64,000 bases of DNA. Origin: Candidatus Parcubacteria bacterium (lineage in GTDB: Bacteria > Patescibacteriota > Minisyncoccia > Phycocordibacterales > UBA918). Positions 10,550-19,689 of this stretch are shown in pieces (position 1 is the stretch's first letter; each line of letters opens with the position of its first letter). Where the stretch lies: contig JBJOPW010000004.1 of the NCBI GenBank assembly GCA_046050355.1, forward strand, positions 1 to 64,000, given 5' to 3'. The notes beneath the pieces were generated by a model. It was not told the DNA's origin and did not search any database. It saw only the letters and a program-made list of their open reading frames with translations. The position numbers and the translations under genes are program-made.

Positions 10550-11035
10550 ATGAGTAAATCATTTATTGTCACGATGTCGTTCCTCTTAGGTACTTTTTTA
10601 GTCGCTTTGGTATTTCTCTATACACTCAAAAACACAGACAATACACCAACTGAAACCACTCGTCCATTTGGCGGATCTGAAGGGGGTGTCGTCAGTAGTG
10701 GTAGTGGTGTACGATTTAATGACCCAAAAAATTCAACTGACTTTACCGACATCGGCGCAAATGTGTTTGTTAGTGATGAGCGTTCGCTTGGGACAGATGC
10801 CGGTTACAGCATTGCATACTTTGCCGATGATCAGTCTTTCGCGATTGATATTAGTGGTAAACCCATCGCCGTGTATCGAGACCAAGCCAGTAGACATTTG
10901 CTACAAATGCTACAGGTGAGTGAGACTGAGGCATGCAAATTGAATATTTACGTTGGCGTAACGTACGAAACAGATAATAAACTGTTTGGTAAGAATCTTG
11001 GACTCAGTTTTTGTCCGGGTAGTGTACAATTGTAG
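10550..11035 (+). CDS. Hypothetical membrane-anchored protein
   Basis: N-terminal TM helix; lies in operon between two pilin-like genes; ends GLSFCP. Confidence 0.75.
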   Translation: MSKSFIVTMSFLLGTFLVALVFLYTLKNTDNTPTETTRPFGGSEGGVVSSGSGVRFNDPKNSTDFTDIGANVFVSDERSLGTDAGYSIAYFADDQSFAIDISGKPIAVYRDQASRHLLQMLQVSETEACKLNIYVGVTYETDNKLFGKNLGLSFCPGSVQL

Positions 11036-11043
11036 ACATACGT

Positions 11044-12165
11044 ATGCGGATCGGTTTATTTCTTTCGATTTTCAGTTTTGTCTGCCTTGTTCCGATGATG
11101 GTGCCGAGTGTCGCAGTGGCGCAGATATCGCTTGCTGAGTACGCTGGTTGTTCGGGGACTGACTGCTCGGCTTGCAATCTGGTTGATCTCGCAAATGGAC
11201 TCATCAAGTGGCTCATAGGCTTCCTGTTTCTCATTTTTGCCGTCATTTTGACCTATGCGGGCGTTGGTCTTGTGACCTCTGGTGGCAATCACCATGCCCT
11301 TGATGAAGCGAAGAATCGGTTCGTGAACGCACTGATTGGACTCATGATTGTGCTCGCGGCATGGTTGATTGTGGACACCATCATGCGTGGCCTGGTGGGT
11401 CAGTCTGGGGCAGAAGGACAGATTCCTACTGGGGGTGACGTATCTGGGTGGCTCTACTGGAGTGAAGTGCAGTGTTATACGCAAAAGACACCAACCCCTA
11501 AGACATTTACTCCTAATGTATTTGAACCAAATACATTTTGGCCGGGTGATTCTGGTAGTGCTGGTGGTCAGATAGTATCTGAGTCGCCTTGTGCATCGAC
11601 ACCTGCTGGTAATGTCAATTGTATAGCAGCTGAAGCAAGCTGTCGGGCACAAGGCCTACAGCCGATTATCAATACTGAAAACCCAACCAACTATCTGGTG
11701 TCGTGTGTGCAAGTAGGAAGTTCATCAAATGGAGCAGATGGTACTGGCGGAGCAGGAAGTGGCTCAAGTGGATGTTCGGGTGGGACATGTATTGCGTTGA
11801 CTATTCCATGTTCAGCGCGAGGCTGTACTATTGCTCCAGATATGGTAAGTCGTCTTGAGCGGATGCATAATACTGCTGGTGTCTCTGGAGCTAGAGTTAC
11901 TGAGGCGATGCCGCCTTCACGTCAACATAAAAGTGCCTGCCATAGTAATGGTACCTGTGTCGATTATAGTAAGAGTGGCGGTATGTCTGCGTCTGAAGTG
12001 TCCCGTGTAGTAACAGCGGCATCGGCAAATGGATTGCGTGCAGTCTATGAGGTACAAACACAATCTCAAAAAGACAGCTTGGTCAGTGCTGGTGTGTCGG
12101 CGGGAAATATTCTTGTGCTTGGTAGCTGGATTAGTGCTCCGCACTTTTCTATTTATGGCTACTAA
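11044..12165 (+). CDS. VirB2/TrbC-like pilin-domain protein with C-terminal peptidase M15-like domain
   Basis: Paralogous pilin N-terminus (YAGVGLVTSGGN...AK); C-terminal CHSNGTCVD (H-x6-D) and PHFS motifs. Confidence 0.7.
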   Translation: MRIGLFLSIFSFVCLVPMMVPSVAVAQISLAEYAGCSGTDCSACNLVDLANGLIKWLIGFLFLIFAVILTYAGVGLVTSGGNHHALDEAKNRFVNALIGLMIVLAAWLIVDTIMRGLVGQSGAEGQIPTGGDVSGWLYWSEVQCYTQKTPTPKTFTPNVFEPNTFWPGDSGSAGGQIVSESPCASTPAGNVNCIAAEASCRAQGLQPIINTENPTNYLVSCVQVGSSSNGADGTGGAGSGSSGCSGGTCIALTIPCSARGCTIAPDMVSRLERMHNTAGVSGARVTEAMPPSRQHKSACHSNGTCVDYSKSGGMSASEVSRVVTAASANGLRAVYEVQTQSQKDSLVSAGVSAGNILVLGSWISAPHFSIYGY

Positions 12166-12167
12166 GG

Positions 12168-12207
12168 TAAGAAAATACATCAGTAAGATACTGATGTATT
12201 TTCTTAA
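12168..12207. terminator. Hairpin terminator between pilin gene and tRNA-Trp
   Basis: TAAGAAAATACATCAGTA...TACTGATGTATTTTCTTA inverted repeat. Confidence 0.7.
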
Positions 12208-12213
12208 CGAGTG

Positions 12214-12284
12214 CGGGCCCATTCCGACTCGAACGGAAGACGGCGGTTTTGGAGACCGCTGTTTTACCACTAAACTATAGGCCC
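12214..12284 (-). tRNA. tRNA-Trp(CCA)
   Basis: GGGCCTA...TGGGCCC acceptor stem, anticodon loop CTCCAAA, GTTCGAGTC T-loop. Confidence 0.93.
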
Positions 12285-12325
12285 GTGTGCGCACCATAGT
12301 ACGCAAAAAACTAAAGAAAGGCAAA

Positions 12326-13237
12326 TTAATTGGTTGGGATTGGTGTGGTAAGAAACGATTCAATGTGAGTTGTGATGTTGTCAAAATCTTTGGGATCGAC
12401 CCAGACGATTGAGATGTCGCGTTTGAGCCAGGTGTACTGTCGCTTCGCGAATTGGCGGATTTTGGTTTCGAGTTCGGTGACCATGGTGTCGTGGTCGATA
12501 AGTCCGCGCAGGAACCTACTGATATACCGGTACTCAAGACCAAGTGATTCTAAGCGCTCATGGGCTACACCACTGGCGAGAAGCCCTTCAACTTCAGCTA
12601 CCATACCTGCCTCAAGTCGCTCGAGGAGACGGACGTGAATATTGTGGTGGAGTGTCTCTTTATCGATTGAGATACCGAGGGTGAGTGGTCGGTATGGCGT
12701 GTCCGTCACGGTAGGTGTGGGGACGGACCCAAGAGCGGTCGCAATCTCAATCGCGCGGATAAGGCGATGTGGGTTGTCTCGATCAATAGTGCTCGCACGG
12801 ACGGTATCAAGTGCCTCGAGTCGGGTGAGGAGGGTGTCGGTATCGAGCGAGAGGAGTTCCTCGCGTAGTGGCTCATTTGGTGGTACCTGCGGTAAGGAGA
12901 TGCGACCAAGGAGGCTATCGATGTAGAAAAATGTTCCACCAGCAATGATAGGGAGGTACTGTCTAGTGGCAATGTCTGTGATAGCGGCTTTGGCGTCACG
13001 CACAAAATCGCTCGCATTGTAGACGGTCTCTGGGTCCGTGATATCAATGAGGTGGTGGGGAACACCTTGCATCTCAGCCTCTGTCACTTTACCGGTACCG
13101 AGATCCATGCCCCGATAGACTTGGCGGCTATCAGCCGAAATCACCTCACCTTGAAATGCTTTGGCGATTTTGATGGAGAGGGAGGTCTTGCCGGAGGCGG
13201 TTGGCCCGACAATGATGATTAATGGTTGTTTGTCCAT
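12326..13237 (-). CDS. miaA: tRNA dimethylallyltransferase
   Basis: GPTASGKT, DSRQVY, GGTFFY and FAKRQYTW motifs. Confidence 0.97.
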   Translation of the reverse strand: MDKQPLIIIVGPTASGKTSLSIKIAKAFQGEVISADSRQVYRGMDLGTGKVTEAEMQGVPHHLIDITDPETVYNASDFVRDAKAAITDIATRQYLPIIAGGTFFYIDSLLGRISLPQVPPNEPLREELLSLDTDTLLTRLEALDTVRASTIDRDNPHRLIRAIEIATALGSVPTPTVTDTPYRPLTLGISIDKETLHHNIHVRLLERLEAGMVAEVEGLLASGVAHERLESLGLEYRYISRFLRGLIDHDTMVTELETKIRQFAKRQYTWLKRDISIVWVDPKDFDNITTHIESFLTTPIPTN

Positions 13238-13355
13238 ATTCGTAGCGGCAGTGTAGCAAATAAAACAAAAAAAGAAACGCCGCCCGAGGGTGAGCCAGGG
13301 CGGCGGTAGATGGCCTGATGATCACTAAGTGATGACGATTTGTTCGCCCGCTTGC

Positions 13356-13781
13356 TCAGGCTACTTGATGAGCCTCGATCTCAGCTTTGACCTTAGCAAG
13401 ACGGTCGCTGTCCCATCCCTTGATGTCGAGTTGTGATAAAACCCAAACGACGTCAAGGAGTTCGAAGAAGGAATGGATCGTGTATCCTTCATGACGAAGA
13501 TGAGTGACCTCTCCTTGCTGCCGATCCATGAAGACGAAGTGGGTCATCGCCTTCACATCATAACCGTCGTTCGATTCGAGACGTTCGAGGGCTTCGAGTA
13601 ACGAGCCGCCACTGGTCACCACGTTCTCGATGGTGAAATAGATGTGATGTTCCGGGTTGGGACGGCCGTTGACCCAGTAGCCACGTTGTCCGGTGGCACC
13701 GTGAGTCTCCTTGAGCTTTTCGCGCATAATGCGATAGCCTAGCCGATGTCGACCGAACGTTCGAGGATCATAGTGGGTCAC
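13356..13781 (-). pseudogene. pyrE: 3' half of interrupted orotate phosphoribosyltransferase-like gene
   Basis: PRPP-binding-like loop TIENVVTSGGS and DRQQG motif; joins 42881-43219 in frame through the shared VTH codons. Confidence 0.8.
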
Positions 13782-15198
13782 CATCGGGGGCACTCAAGTC
13801 ATTCTTGAGGTCCTGAAGCCAACTCTGTGGCTCCAAACATAACTCTCCTGGACTGAGGGTTCGGTACGAGAAGAGATTTTGCACCATCTGACGTTTTTCA
13901 TCGCCTATCGCCACTTTGTATTGCAGATCAAAGGTCGTTGCGAGTTCGAGGAAGTTCTGTACGTCCTGTTCTGTCGGAAGGTTTTCGGTCAGTCGTGAGC
14001 GTTCTTGGGTGAGGTCAGCGAGTTCAAGTGTCATGTTCTGCTTCTTCGCCTCGAAGTCTGGCTTTGAGATTGTGCCATCGATCAGTAGATCTGTAAGTCG
14101 ATCCAAGCGCTGCTTCTGTTGTTCGATACGCAGGTCCAGCGACCGTCTGGTGCTGTTGAGGTCCGGATCATGGATGAACTCTAGTAACGACGCACGGAGT
14201 ACCTCTGCCTCTTCCTGCCTGAGTGCAACTGTCCGGAAACACTTCTCGACGGCCTCTTCGATCTTGTCTTCTCGGATGGTTGTCGTTGGGCACGATGCTG
14301 TCTGGCATCGATAGTACACTCTGCCTTTCTGCCTCTCTGGAGAAAGTGGGCCGTTACACAACGCACAGCGAAAAAGCCCGCGATAGCGATGGTTGTGGCG
14401 GGTGACCTTTTTTCCCGCCTTACCGACTTTCACGTCTTGGATGTTTCGATACGTGCTCACAGTGATGAGCGGCTCGTGTATGCCGTCGTACGTCGCGCCG
14501 GTTTGCCTGATGCGCATGACCCCGCAGTAGAATGGGTTCTGCAGCATGGTTTCGATCCCATGCAATGAAAGACTTCTGCCCCGGTGGTTCTTTAGGCCGA
14601 TGCGCACGGCTTCTCGGTGCAAGCTGCGAAGTGAGTGCTGTCCTGAGGCGTATTTCTCCAGCAGGTCACGGACCAACGGAGCTTTCTCCGGGCAAGGAGT
14701 CTTTGGTTTTCCTCGCCCGTTGTCGAGATATCCCAAGGGTGCTTGGAAGGGATAGAGGCCCTGGCGCAGCCGACCGTCGATGCCCTTCTTCGTCTCTTCC
14801 CGGAGGTTTCGGATGTAGTCAGCTGCGATCACGGCTTGGATGTCCGCAGTTAGTCGCCCTCCGCGAGAACGGAAGTCGAGACTCTCAGTCGCGAAGTATA
14901 CACCAACTCCCTTGTCGGAGAGTTCGCTGATGATCGCCCAATCCTTGAGATTCCGTGCGGACCTATCGATCTTGTGGATGATGAGGCCAGAAGCTTTTCC
15001 ACGCTCCAACAATTTGAGCATCTTCGTGAACACTGGGCGGCCAGACTTCGCCGCCGTTTCCTTCTCTTCAAACCAGTCAGTAACTTGGAGATTGTTACGA
15101 CTCGCAAATGCCGTAATAGCGTCCTTCTGAGCTTCGAGAGAAACGCCTTCTCCCTGCTTCTGGGTGGAAACCCGTATGTATCCAAAACACGACTTCAT
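13768..15198 (-). CDS. Large serine recombinase
   Basis: YIRVST catalytic Ser, DRSAR motif, recombinase domain, CALC/YYRC zinc ribbon, coiled coil. Confidence 0.96.
   Translation of the reverse strand: MKSCFGYIRVSTQKQGEGVSLEAQKDAITAFASRNNLQVTDWFEEKETAAKSGRPVFTKMLKLLERGKASGLIIHKIDRSARNLKDWAIISELSDKGVGVYFATESLDFRSRGGRLTADIQAVIAADYIRNLREETKKGIDGRLRQGLYPFQAPLGYLDNGRGKPKTPCPEKAPLVRDLLEKYASGQHSLRSLHREAVRIGLKNHRGRSLSLHGIETMLQNPFYCGVMRIRQTGATYDGIHEPLITVSTYRNIQDVKVGKAGKKVTRHNHRYRGLFRCALCNGPLSPERQKGRVYYRCQTASCPTTTIREDKIEEAVEKCFRTVALRQEEAEVLRASLLEFIHDPDLNSTRRSLDLRIEQQKQRLDRLTDLLIDGTISKPDFEAKKQNMTLELADLTQERSRLTENLPTEQDVQNFLELATTFDLQYKVAIGDEKRQMVQNLFSYRTLSPGELCLEPQSWLQDLKNDLSAPDGDPL
13773..13781. repeat. 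att core, left junction
   Basis: GTGGGTCAC, identical to 42881-42889 and 38348-38356. Confidence 0.9.
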
Positions 15199-15341
15199 AG
15201 TTCGGTGTTGCTATCGTCGGATTCTATCAGATCTTTATTTTTTGGCGAATCACGCCACGGCCAAGATTGATCGCATAGCATCCGCAAGTAGATCTTCTTG
15301 CAGTGTTCAAGATGCGCTCTCAGAAATTCGTCGTGGTTCAT
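15195..15341 (-). CDS. 48-aa small protein coupled to recombinase
   Basis: MNHDEFLRAHLEHCKKIYLRMLCDQSWPWRDSP...; GGAGG upstream; its TGA overlaps the recombinase ATG (ATGA); below the ORF-track cutoff. Confidence 0.6.
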   Translation of the reverse strand: MNHDEFLRAHLEHCKKIYLRMLCDQSWPWRDSPKNKDLIESDDSNTEL

Positions 15342-15404
15342 CGAACCAGTCTATAACCTCCAATTTCTTCGAATAGTCCGCGAGGTTTCGAGCTATTGCC
15401 TCTT

Positions 15405-16559
15405 TCAATGCCGTGTCACCAGAGAGAACGGCTTCGAACGTTCACCTGAAACCATGATTTGTGCATAAGCATGATGGTTCGGAAGTCCAATGAGGTCCGC
15501 TGGAGATACCCCTTGCATTTGAGCGGCAATCACCGGGGCATCCAGTGCTCCGACACGAAATGCAAGCGTGCTGCCGACGTTCCCCATGATGGCCTCGAAC
15601 ACCGTTCTGTCTGCCTGGAGGGTGTGTTGATGAGCCAACGTGATAGCCACACCGTACTTCCGTACCTCGGAAAGCATTCCTGCGAAGGCGGTCGTCGTAA
15701 ATGAGTGGAACTCGTCCACGTATAGCATGAAGGGTCTCCGGCCACCTTCCGCGACACTCTGTCTGCTGAAGGCTGCGTTCATAACGGCTGATACGATCAG
15801 CCCTCCAAGAACGTTTGCGATGTCGCCACCGATTGCACCCTTGGCGAGGTTCACTACAAGAATTTCACCGTTGTCCATCAAGCGCCTGAACCGAATGGGC
15901 TCAACAGGTTCGCAGATCGCCGAGCGAACGACAGGATGAGACAGGAACGCCCCTAGCTTGTTGGCAATCGGGGCAACGCCATCGACGGCGTTCTTGTAGT
16001 TCATCGTCGGATATTCGACTTCCCAAAAGTAACGCACCTGAGGATCGGTTATGCGGTGAAGCACTCGCTTCTGAAATTCTCGCTCGATCAGCAACCTGAC
16101 GACTTCGCGGATGTCTGCCTGCGGCTGCTCAAGCAACGCCAGAATTGAGTAACGAAGTAGGTGCTCCATGCGGGCACCCCAAGCATCCTCCCATTGACGT
16201 CTGAGTGCTTCGATGAGGCCAGAGCATACGAGTGGGCGCAACGATGCCTGGACGGGACGAATAGGGTTGTAGCCCAGACCGCAGTTTGGGTCGGCAAGGT
16301 TCCAGAAGTGGAGCGGACGCTGCACAGTCGCTGATAGGCTCAGGGCGAGATCGCCGTGCGGGTCGATCACACAGAAACCGCGTCCCTCGGCAACATCTGC
16401 CTCAGCGAGGTTCCTGATCAGGGTAGACTTCCCGGTTCCGGTCTGACCGACAACGTACAGGTGAAGAAGCCGGTCCGAGAGTGCGATGGATACTGTTTTC
16501 CCGTCCTGGCGACCGGAAAGGAGCCCAAGTACGGACGCATTAGACTGTGTGTTGTTCAC
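15405..16559 (-). CDS. Type IV secretion coupling protein-like ATPase (VirD4/TrwB-like, soluble)
   Basis: GQTGTGKS Walker A, IDPHGD, YVDEFH Walker B and EVRKYG motifs. Confidence 0.88.
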   Translation of the reverse strand: MNNTQSNASVLGLLSGRQDGKTVSIALSDRLLHLYVVGQTGTGKSTLIRNLAEADVAEGRGFCVIDPHGDLALSLSATVQRPLHFWNLADPNCGLGYNPIRPVQASLRPLVCSGLIEALRRQWEDAWGARMEHLLRYSILALLEQPQADIREVVRLLIEREFQKRVLHRITDPQVRYFWEVEYPTMNYKNAVDGVAPIANKLGAFLSHPVVRSAICEPVEPIRFRRLMDNGEILVVNLAKGAIGGDIANVLGGLIVSAVMNAAFSRQSVAEGGRRPFMLYVDEFHSFTTTAFAGMLSEVRKYGVAITLAHQHTLQADRTVFEAIMGNVGSTLAFRVGALDAPVIAAQMQGVSPADLIGLPNHHAYAQIMVSGERSKPFSLVTRH

Positions 16560-16779
16560 GCTGTCAGTCTGCCGGACTAAGCGCGAGATCCAAAGACTAT
16601 GGAAGCTCGGAGATCGACCTGTTCGGAAGCCCTGAGATGTGACTTAGCAAATTTCCAAGGACTTTTTGGAGGGCAAGCGGGCCCCGATAATGAGGGCAGA
16701 CCGATCTTTTGCTCATCGCCTTTCGTAGGGTCTGCCTGAAATCACTTCGGGCAGCGACCCAAGCGGAAGGAGATGAAGA

Positions 16780-17313
16780 ATGGGCTACGCTGTAGAAGAC
16801 GACGAACTGGGTGGTATCGGCTATACCCCGACCTGCAAGAGTTGCGGTTCCGAACATGTATCCAAGGATGCTTGGGCCTGTTGGAATCCGGCTACTGGGA
16901 TGTGGGAACTCGAAACCACTTTCGATCATGAGTACTGTCATGTGTGCGAGGCCGACACGTCGTTCACCTGGCAGCGAGTGGAGAGCGTTCCATCAAGGCG
17001 CGTTCGGGCCTTGAATGACAGGTTCCGCAAGGAAGGCGGAAAGGAACGGTCGGTGGTCGTCACCTCCGGCGTTCTGGCGCTCGGGACAGACTTCCTTGTC
17101 GCCGCGCTCGTAGCCATCCGGGACTTCGACAGCTTCACTGACGACAATGACCCCTGGGGCGAGCATGACTACGGGAAGGTCACCATCCACGGCCAGCCCG
17201 TCTTCTGGAAGATCGACTACTACGATCTCAACCTCGCGGGACGCTCATCCAATCCCGCCAACGACGGCGAGACGCATCGCGTACTGACCGTCATGTTGCC
17301 AAGCGAGTACTAA
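16780..17313 (+). CDS. Zn-ribbon + DUF3768 domain protein
   Basis: CKSC/CHVC at N-terminus; LNDRFR, NDPWGEHDYG, FWKIDYYD and RVLTVMLPSEY motifs. Confidence 0.85.
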   Translation: MGYAVEDDELGGIGYTPTCKSCGSEHVSKDAWACWNPATGMWELETTFDHEYCHVCEADTSFTWQRVESVPSRRVRALNDRFRKEGGKERSVVVTSGVLALGTDFLVAALVAIRDFDSFTDDNDPWGEHDYGKVTIHGQPVFWKIDYYDLNLAGRSSNPANDGETHRVLTVMLPSEY

Positions 17314-17317
17314 GATC

Positions 17318-17344
17318 CCGCCTCCCACTGTGGAGGCGGTTTTC
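17318..17344 (+). terminator. Rho-independent terminator
   Basis: CCGCCTCC-loop-GGAGGCGG followed by a T run. Confidence 0.65.
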
Positions 17345-17706
17345 GCAATGGCATGTCCGAGACGTCAAGACCCTGAACGTGAAAGAGCACGGCCATGAGT
17401 TCGTCTTCACGAATAGACTGTGACCAGTGCTCAGCCGGTTCTTGTCGCTGTCTAGCCAAACGAGCGGGAATTTCGATATCCTGATACTCGGAACGATAGA
17501 AGGTAGCCTTGGCGTTCGTAGCAAGGTCGGACTGGCGTCAGCCGGAAGGGTGGCAACCCTTCCGGGGTGAAGCGCTGGTACGAGGCCTTGTCGACGACCG
17601 ATCACCAAGGCCACCAAACATGCTGAACCGGCACATTGCGCCTTCTAGGTGCTGAGGGAGCATCGACATACACTGCTTGTATTATCAGCAGTAAGTCACA
17701 AACCAA

Positions 17707-18057
17707 ATGTCCACCGAGTTTGCCCTGGACCTGCGCCTCGCGCGCCGGAAAGCAGGCTTCACGCAGCGCGACTGCGCACATTTATTAGCGATCTCTCCGT
17801 CGGTCTTGTCACAGATGGAAGGCGGCAAGCGCCTGCCGAGCATTCTTCAGATCTGCATGCTGTCCGTCATCTACGGTCGATCCTTCGAAAGCCTTTTTGG
17901 CTTTCTTCTTGACGAGGCTCGTGCCCAGCTCCGGACGCGCATTTTGAGCTTGCCTGAAGATGTCCGTCACTTCGCCGGGACTCGCAACCGCGACTACAGC
18001 ATCGACCGACTGGCGCAGCGCTTAGCAGATGAGCAAGACGTACATGGCGGCGCTTAG
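17707..18057 (+). CDS. XRE-family HTH regulator
   Basis: LRLARRKAGFTQRDCAHLLAISPSVLSQMEGGKRLP. Confidence 0.85.
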   Translation: MSTEFALDLRLARRKAGFTQRDCAHLLAISPSVLSQMEGGKRLPSILQICMLSVIYGRSFESLFGFLLDEARAQLRTRILSLPEDVRHFAGTRNRDYSIDRLAQRLADEQDVHGGA

Positions 18058-18526
18058 GATACTCTCCATTGCGGCAGCCACTGGTCGGATAGCGTACGTC
18101 TATTTGATCGGCGATCGGCTGATGGACTGGCGCATTTCAGACAAGGCTAGTTCGTCTGCGCAAGACGCGAGAGAAGCATCGGCCCATTGGATCGAGACGC
18201 TCCGTCCGGACGTCGTTGTTACGGAGATTCCGGTGTCGAAGACTCGAAAGGGCGACAACACCAGACAGTTGATCGAAGCAATGGCTAAAGTGGCCGAAGA
18301 AGCGGATGTACTGGACGTCAAAGTCACCCGAGAGCAATCCTATGCGAACAAGTACGAAGAGGCCGCTGCATTAGCAGAGAGCTATCCGGAGCTGCTGCCG
18401 TGGGTCCCACGCAAGCGCCGCTTCTTCGACAACGAGCACCGCAATACCGTGCTCTTTGAGGCTTTGGCCCTAGCGCAAGCAATCGTTCGGTCGCCTGCAA
18501 CTACCCTTGGGGCCGCGATGGGATAG
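18029..18526 (+). CDS. Hypothetical protein, possible RNase H/RuvC-like fold
   Basis: RILSIAAATGRIAYV...RPDVVVTE pattern; overlaps the HTH gene. Confidence 0.65.
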   Translation: MSKTYMAALRILSIAAATGRIAYVYLIGDRLMDWRISDKASSSAQDAREASAHWIETLRPDVVVTEIPVSKTRKGDNTRQLIEAMAKVAEEADVLDVKVTREQSYANKYEEAAALAESYPELLPWVPRKRRFFDNEHRNTVLFEALALAQAIVRSPATTLGAAMG

Positions 18527-18601
18527 TTCACAAAGACGAAATTGTTGACAGGCTGCAACATGGTGTTGCAGCTTTTTTGTACTGGTATTTAGGAGGTACC
18601 C

Positions 18602-19156
18602 ATGCGCTCATATCATGCCGCTCGCGCGGTTTTTTCTCTCTTCTCTGGGTTGGCCTGGACCGTGATCCTCATCGGAATTCTTGCTGTGTTTCTAGGCATT
18701 GCACGGGGACGCAGCATAAACCCGTACAATCCAGACCTAGGAGCTGCCGTGGTCGCAATACCCGGAGTCTTGGCTGTCGTATTTGGCTTGGTTATGCTGG
18801 TAATGGCTCAGATGGGCCGCGCCGGGGTTGATACCGCAGAGTATTCTCAGCAGATGCTGCAGGCATCGCGGGATCACATGGAAGTCTCACGACAACTGGT
18901 TCGCCAAGGCGAAAAACTCGAACAGGGCTATGCTGCTCTTGCGGCGAAACTCAGCATACCCCCGTCGGTTTCGTATGATGGTCGCATTTCCACAGCGGAA
19001 GCGTCTTCTTCTGCGGCACCCGCAGCTACACCGCTCTCCGCCACTGGCGAAGGTACGACGCAAAAGGTGGGCTACAGCGACCGGCTCCAGATCGAACAGG
19101 GTATCCCGATGACCACCCTCCAGGGTGCTGACGCGAAGTCTACCGCGTCGTCCTAA
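18602..19156 (+). CDS. Hypothetical two-TM membrane protein
   Basis: AGGAGG RBS; two hydrophobic helices. Confidence 0.75.
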   Translation: MRSYHAARAVFSLFSGLAWTVILIGILAVFLGIARGRSINPYNPDLGAAVVAIPGVLAVVFGLVMLVMAQMGRAGVDTAEYSQQMLQASRDHMEVSRQLVRQGEKLEQGYAALAAKLSIPPSVSYDGRISTAEASSSAAPAATPLSATGEGTTQKVGYSDRLQIEQGIPMTTLQGADAKSTASS

Positions 19157-19329
19157 TCCCCACACCGGAACACATCCTCTATGGGGACTCTGTATGGGGG
19201 TACATACCGACACATCCTTGGCCATAGCTTCTCAACTTCGTCCCTCAGATCATCCTGACATATGCCACCTTCGTGGCATAGGCTGGTCGGCACCTAGGCC
19301 GACCAGCCGCACCATTACCTGGAGCTTCG

Positions 19330-19689
19330 ATGCGAATTTCGATCTCTCACCATGATGTCCGTAAGGGACTATTGTTCAGGAAGACTATGCACGAAGTCCA
19401 CTTGTCGGTGGCCTTCACCCACGAAGAAAAGCAGATTGTGCGCCAGCGCCGTCTAGGGGATCAGGTCATCCTGCAGCGCCGTCCGGCGAACGCCAAAGTT
19501 GATGATCGCGACAGTAAGTTCGTCCTGCGACTAGGTGACCTGCTTGACGGTCGTACCGACCGCTTTCTCCTCGCAACACCATCTGCAGCAAAAATCTACG
19601 AGGAAGACCTGATCCGAATGTTGGCCCAAGTGAAGCTTTGGATTTCAGACAATGCAGAGACCGCAGGTCGGACGGTGATTGAACTTTGA
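19330..19689 (+). CDS. Hypothetical protein
   Basis: GGAG RBS; stop overlaps start of the downstream ATPase. Confidence 0.7.
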   Translation: MRISISHHDVRKGLLFRKTMHEVHLSVAFTHEEKQIVRQRRLGDQVILQRRPANAKVDDRDSKFVLRLGDLLDGRTDRFLLATPSAAKIYEEDLIRMLAQVKLWISDNAETAGRTVIEL

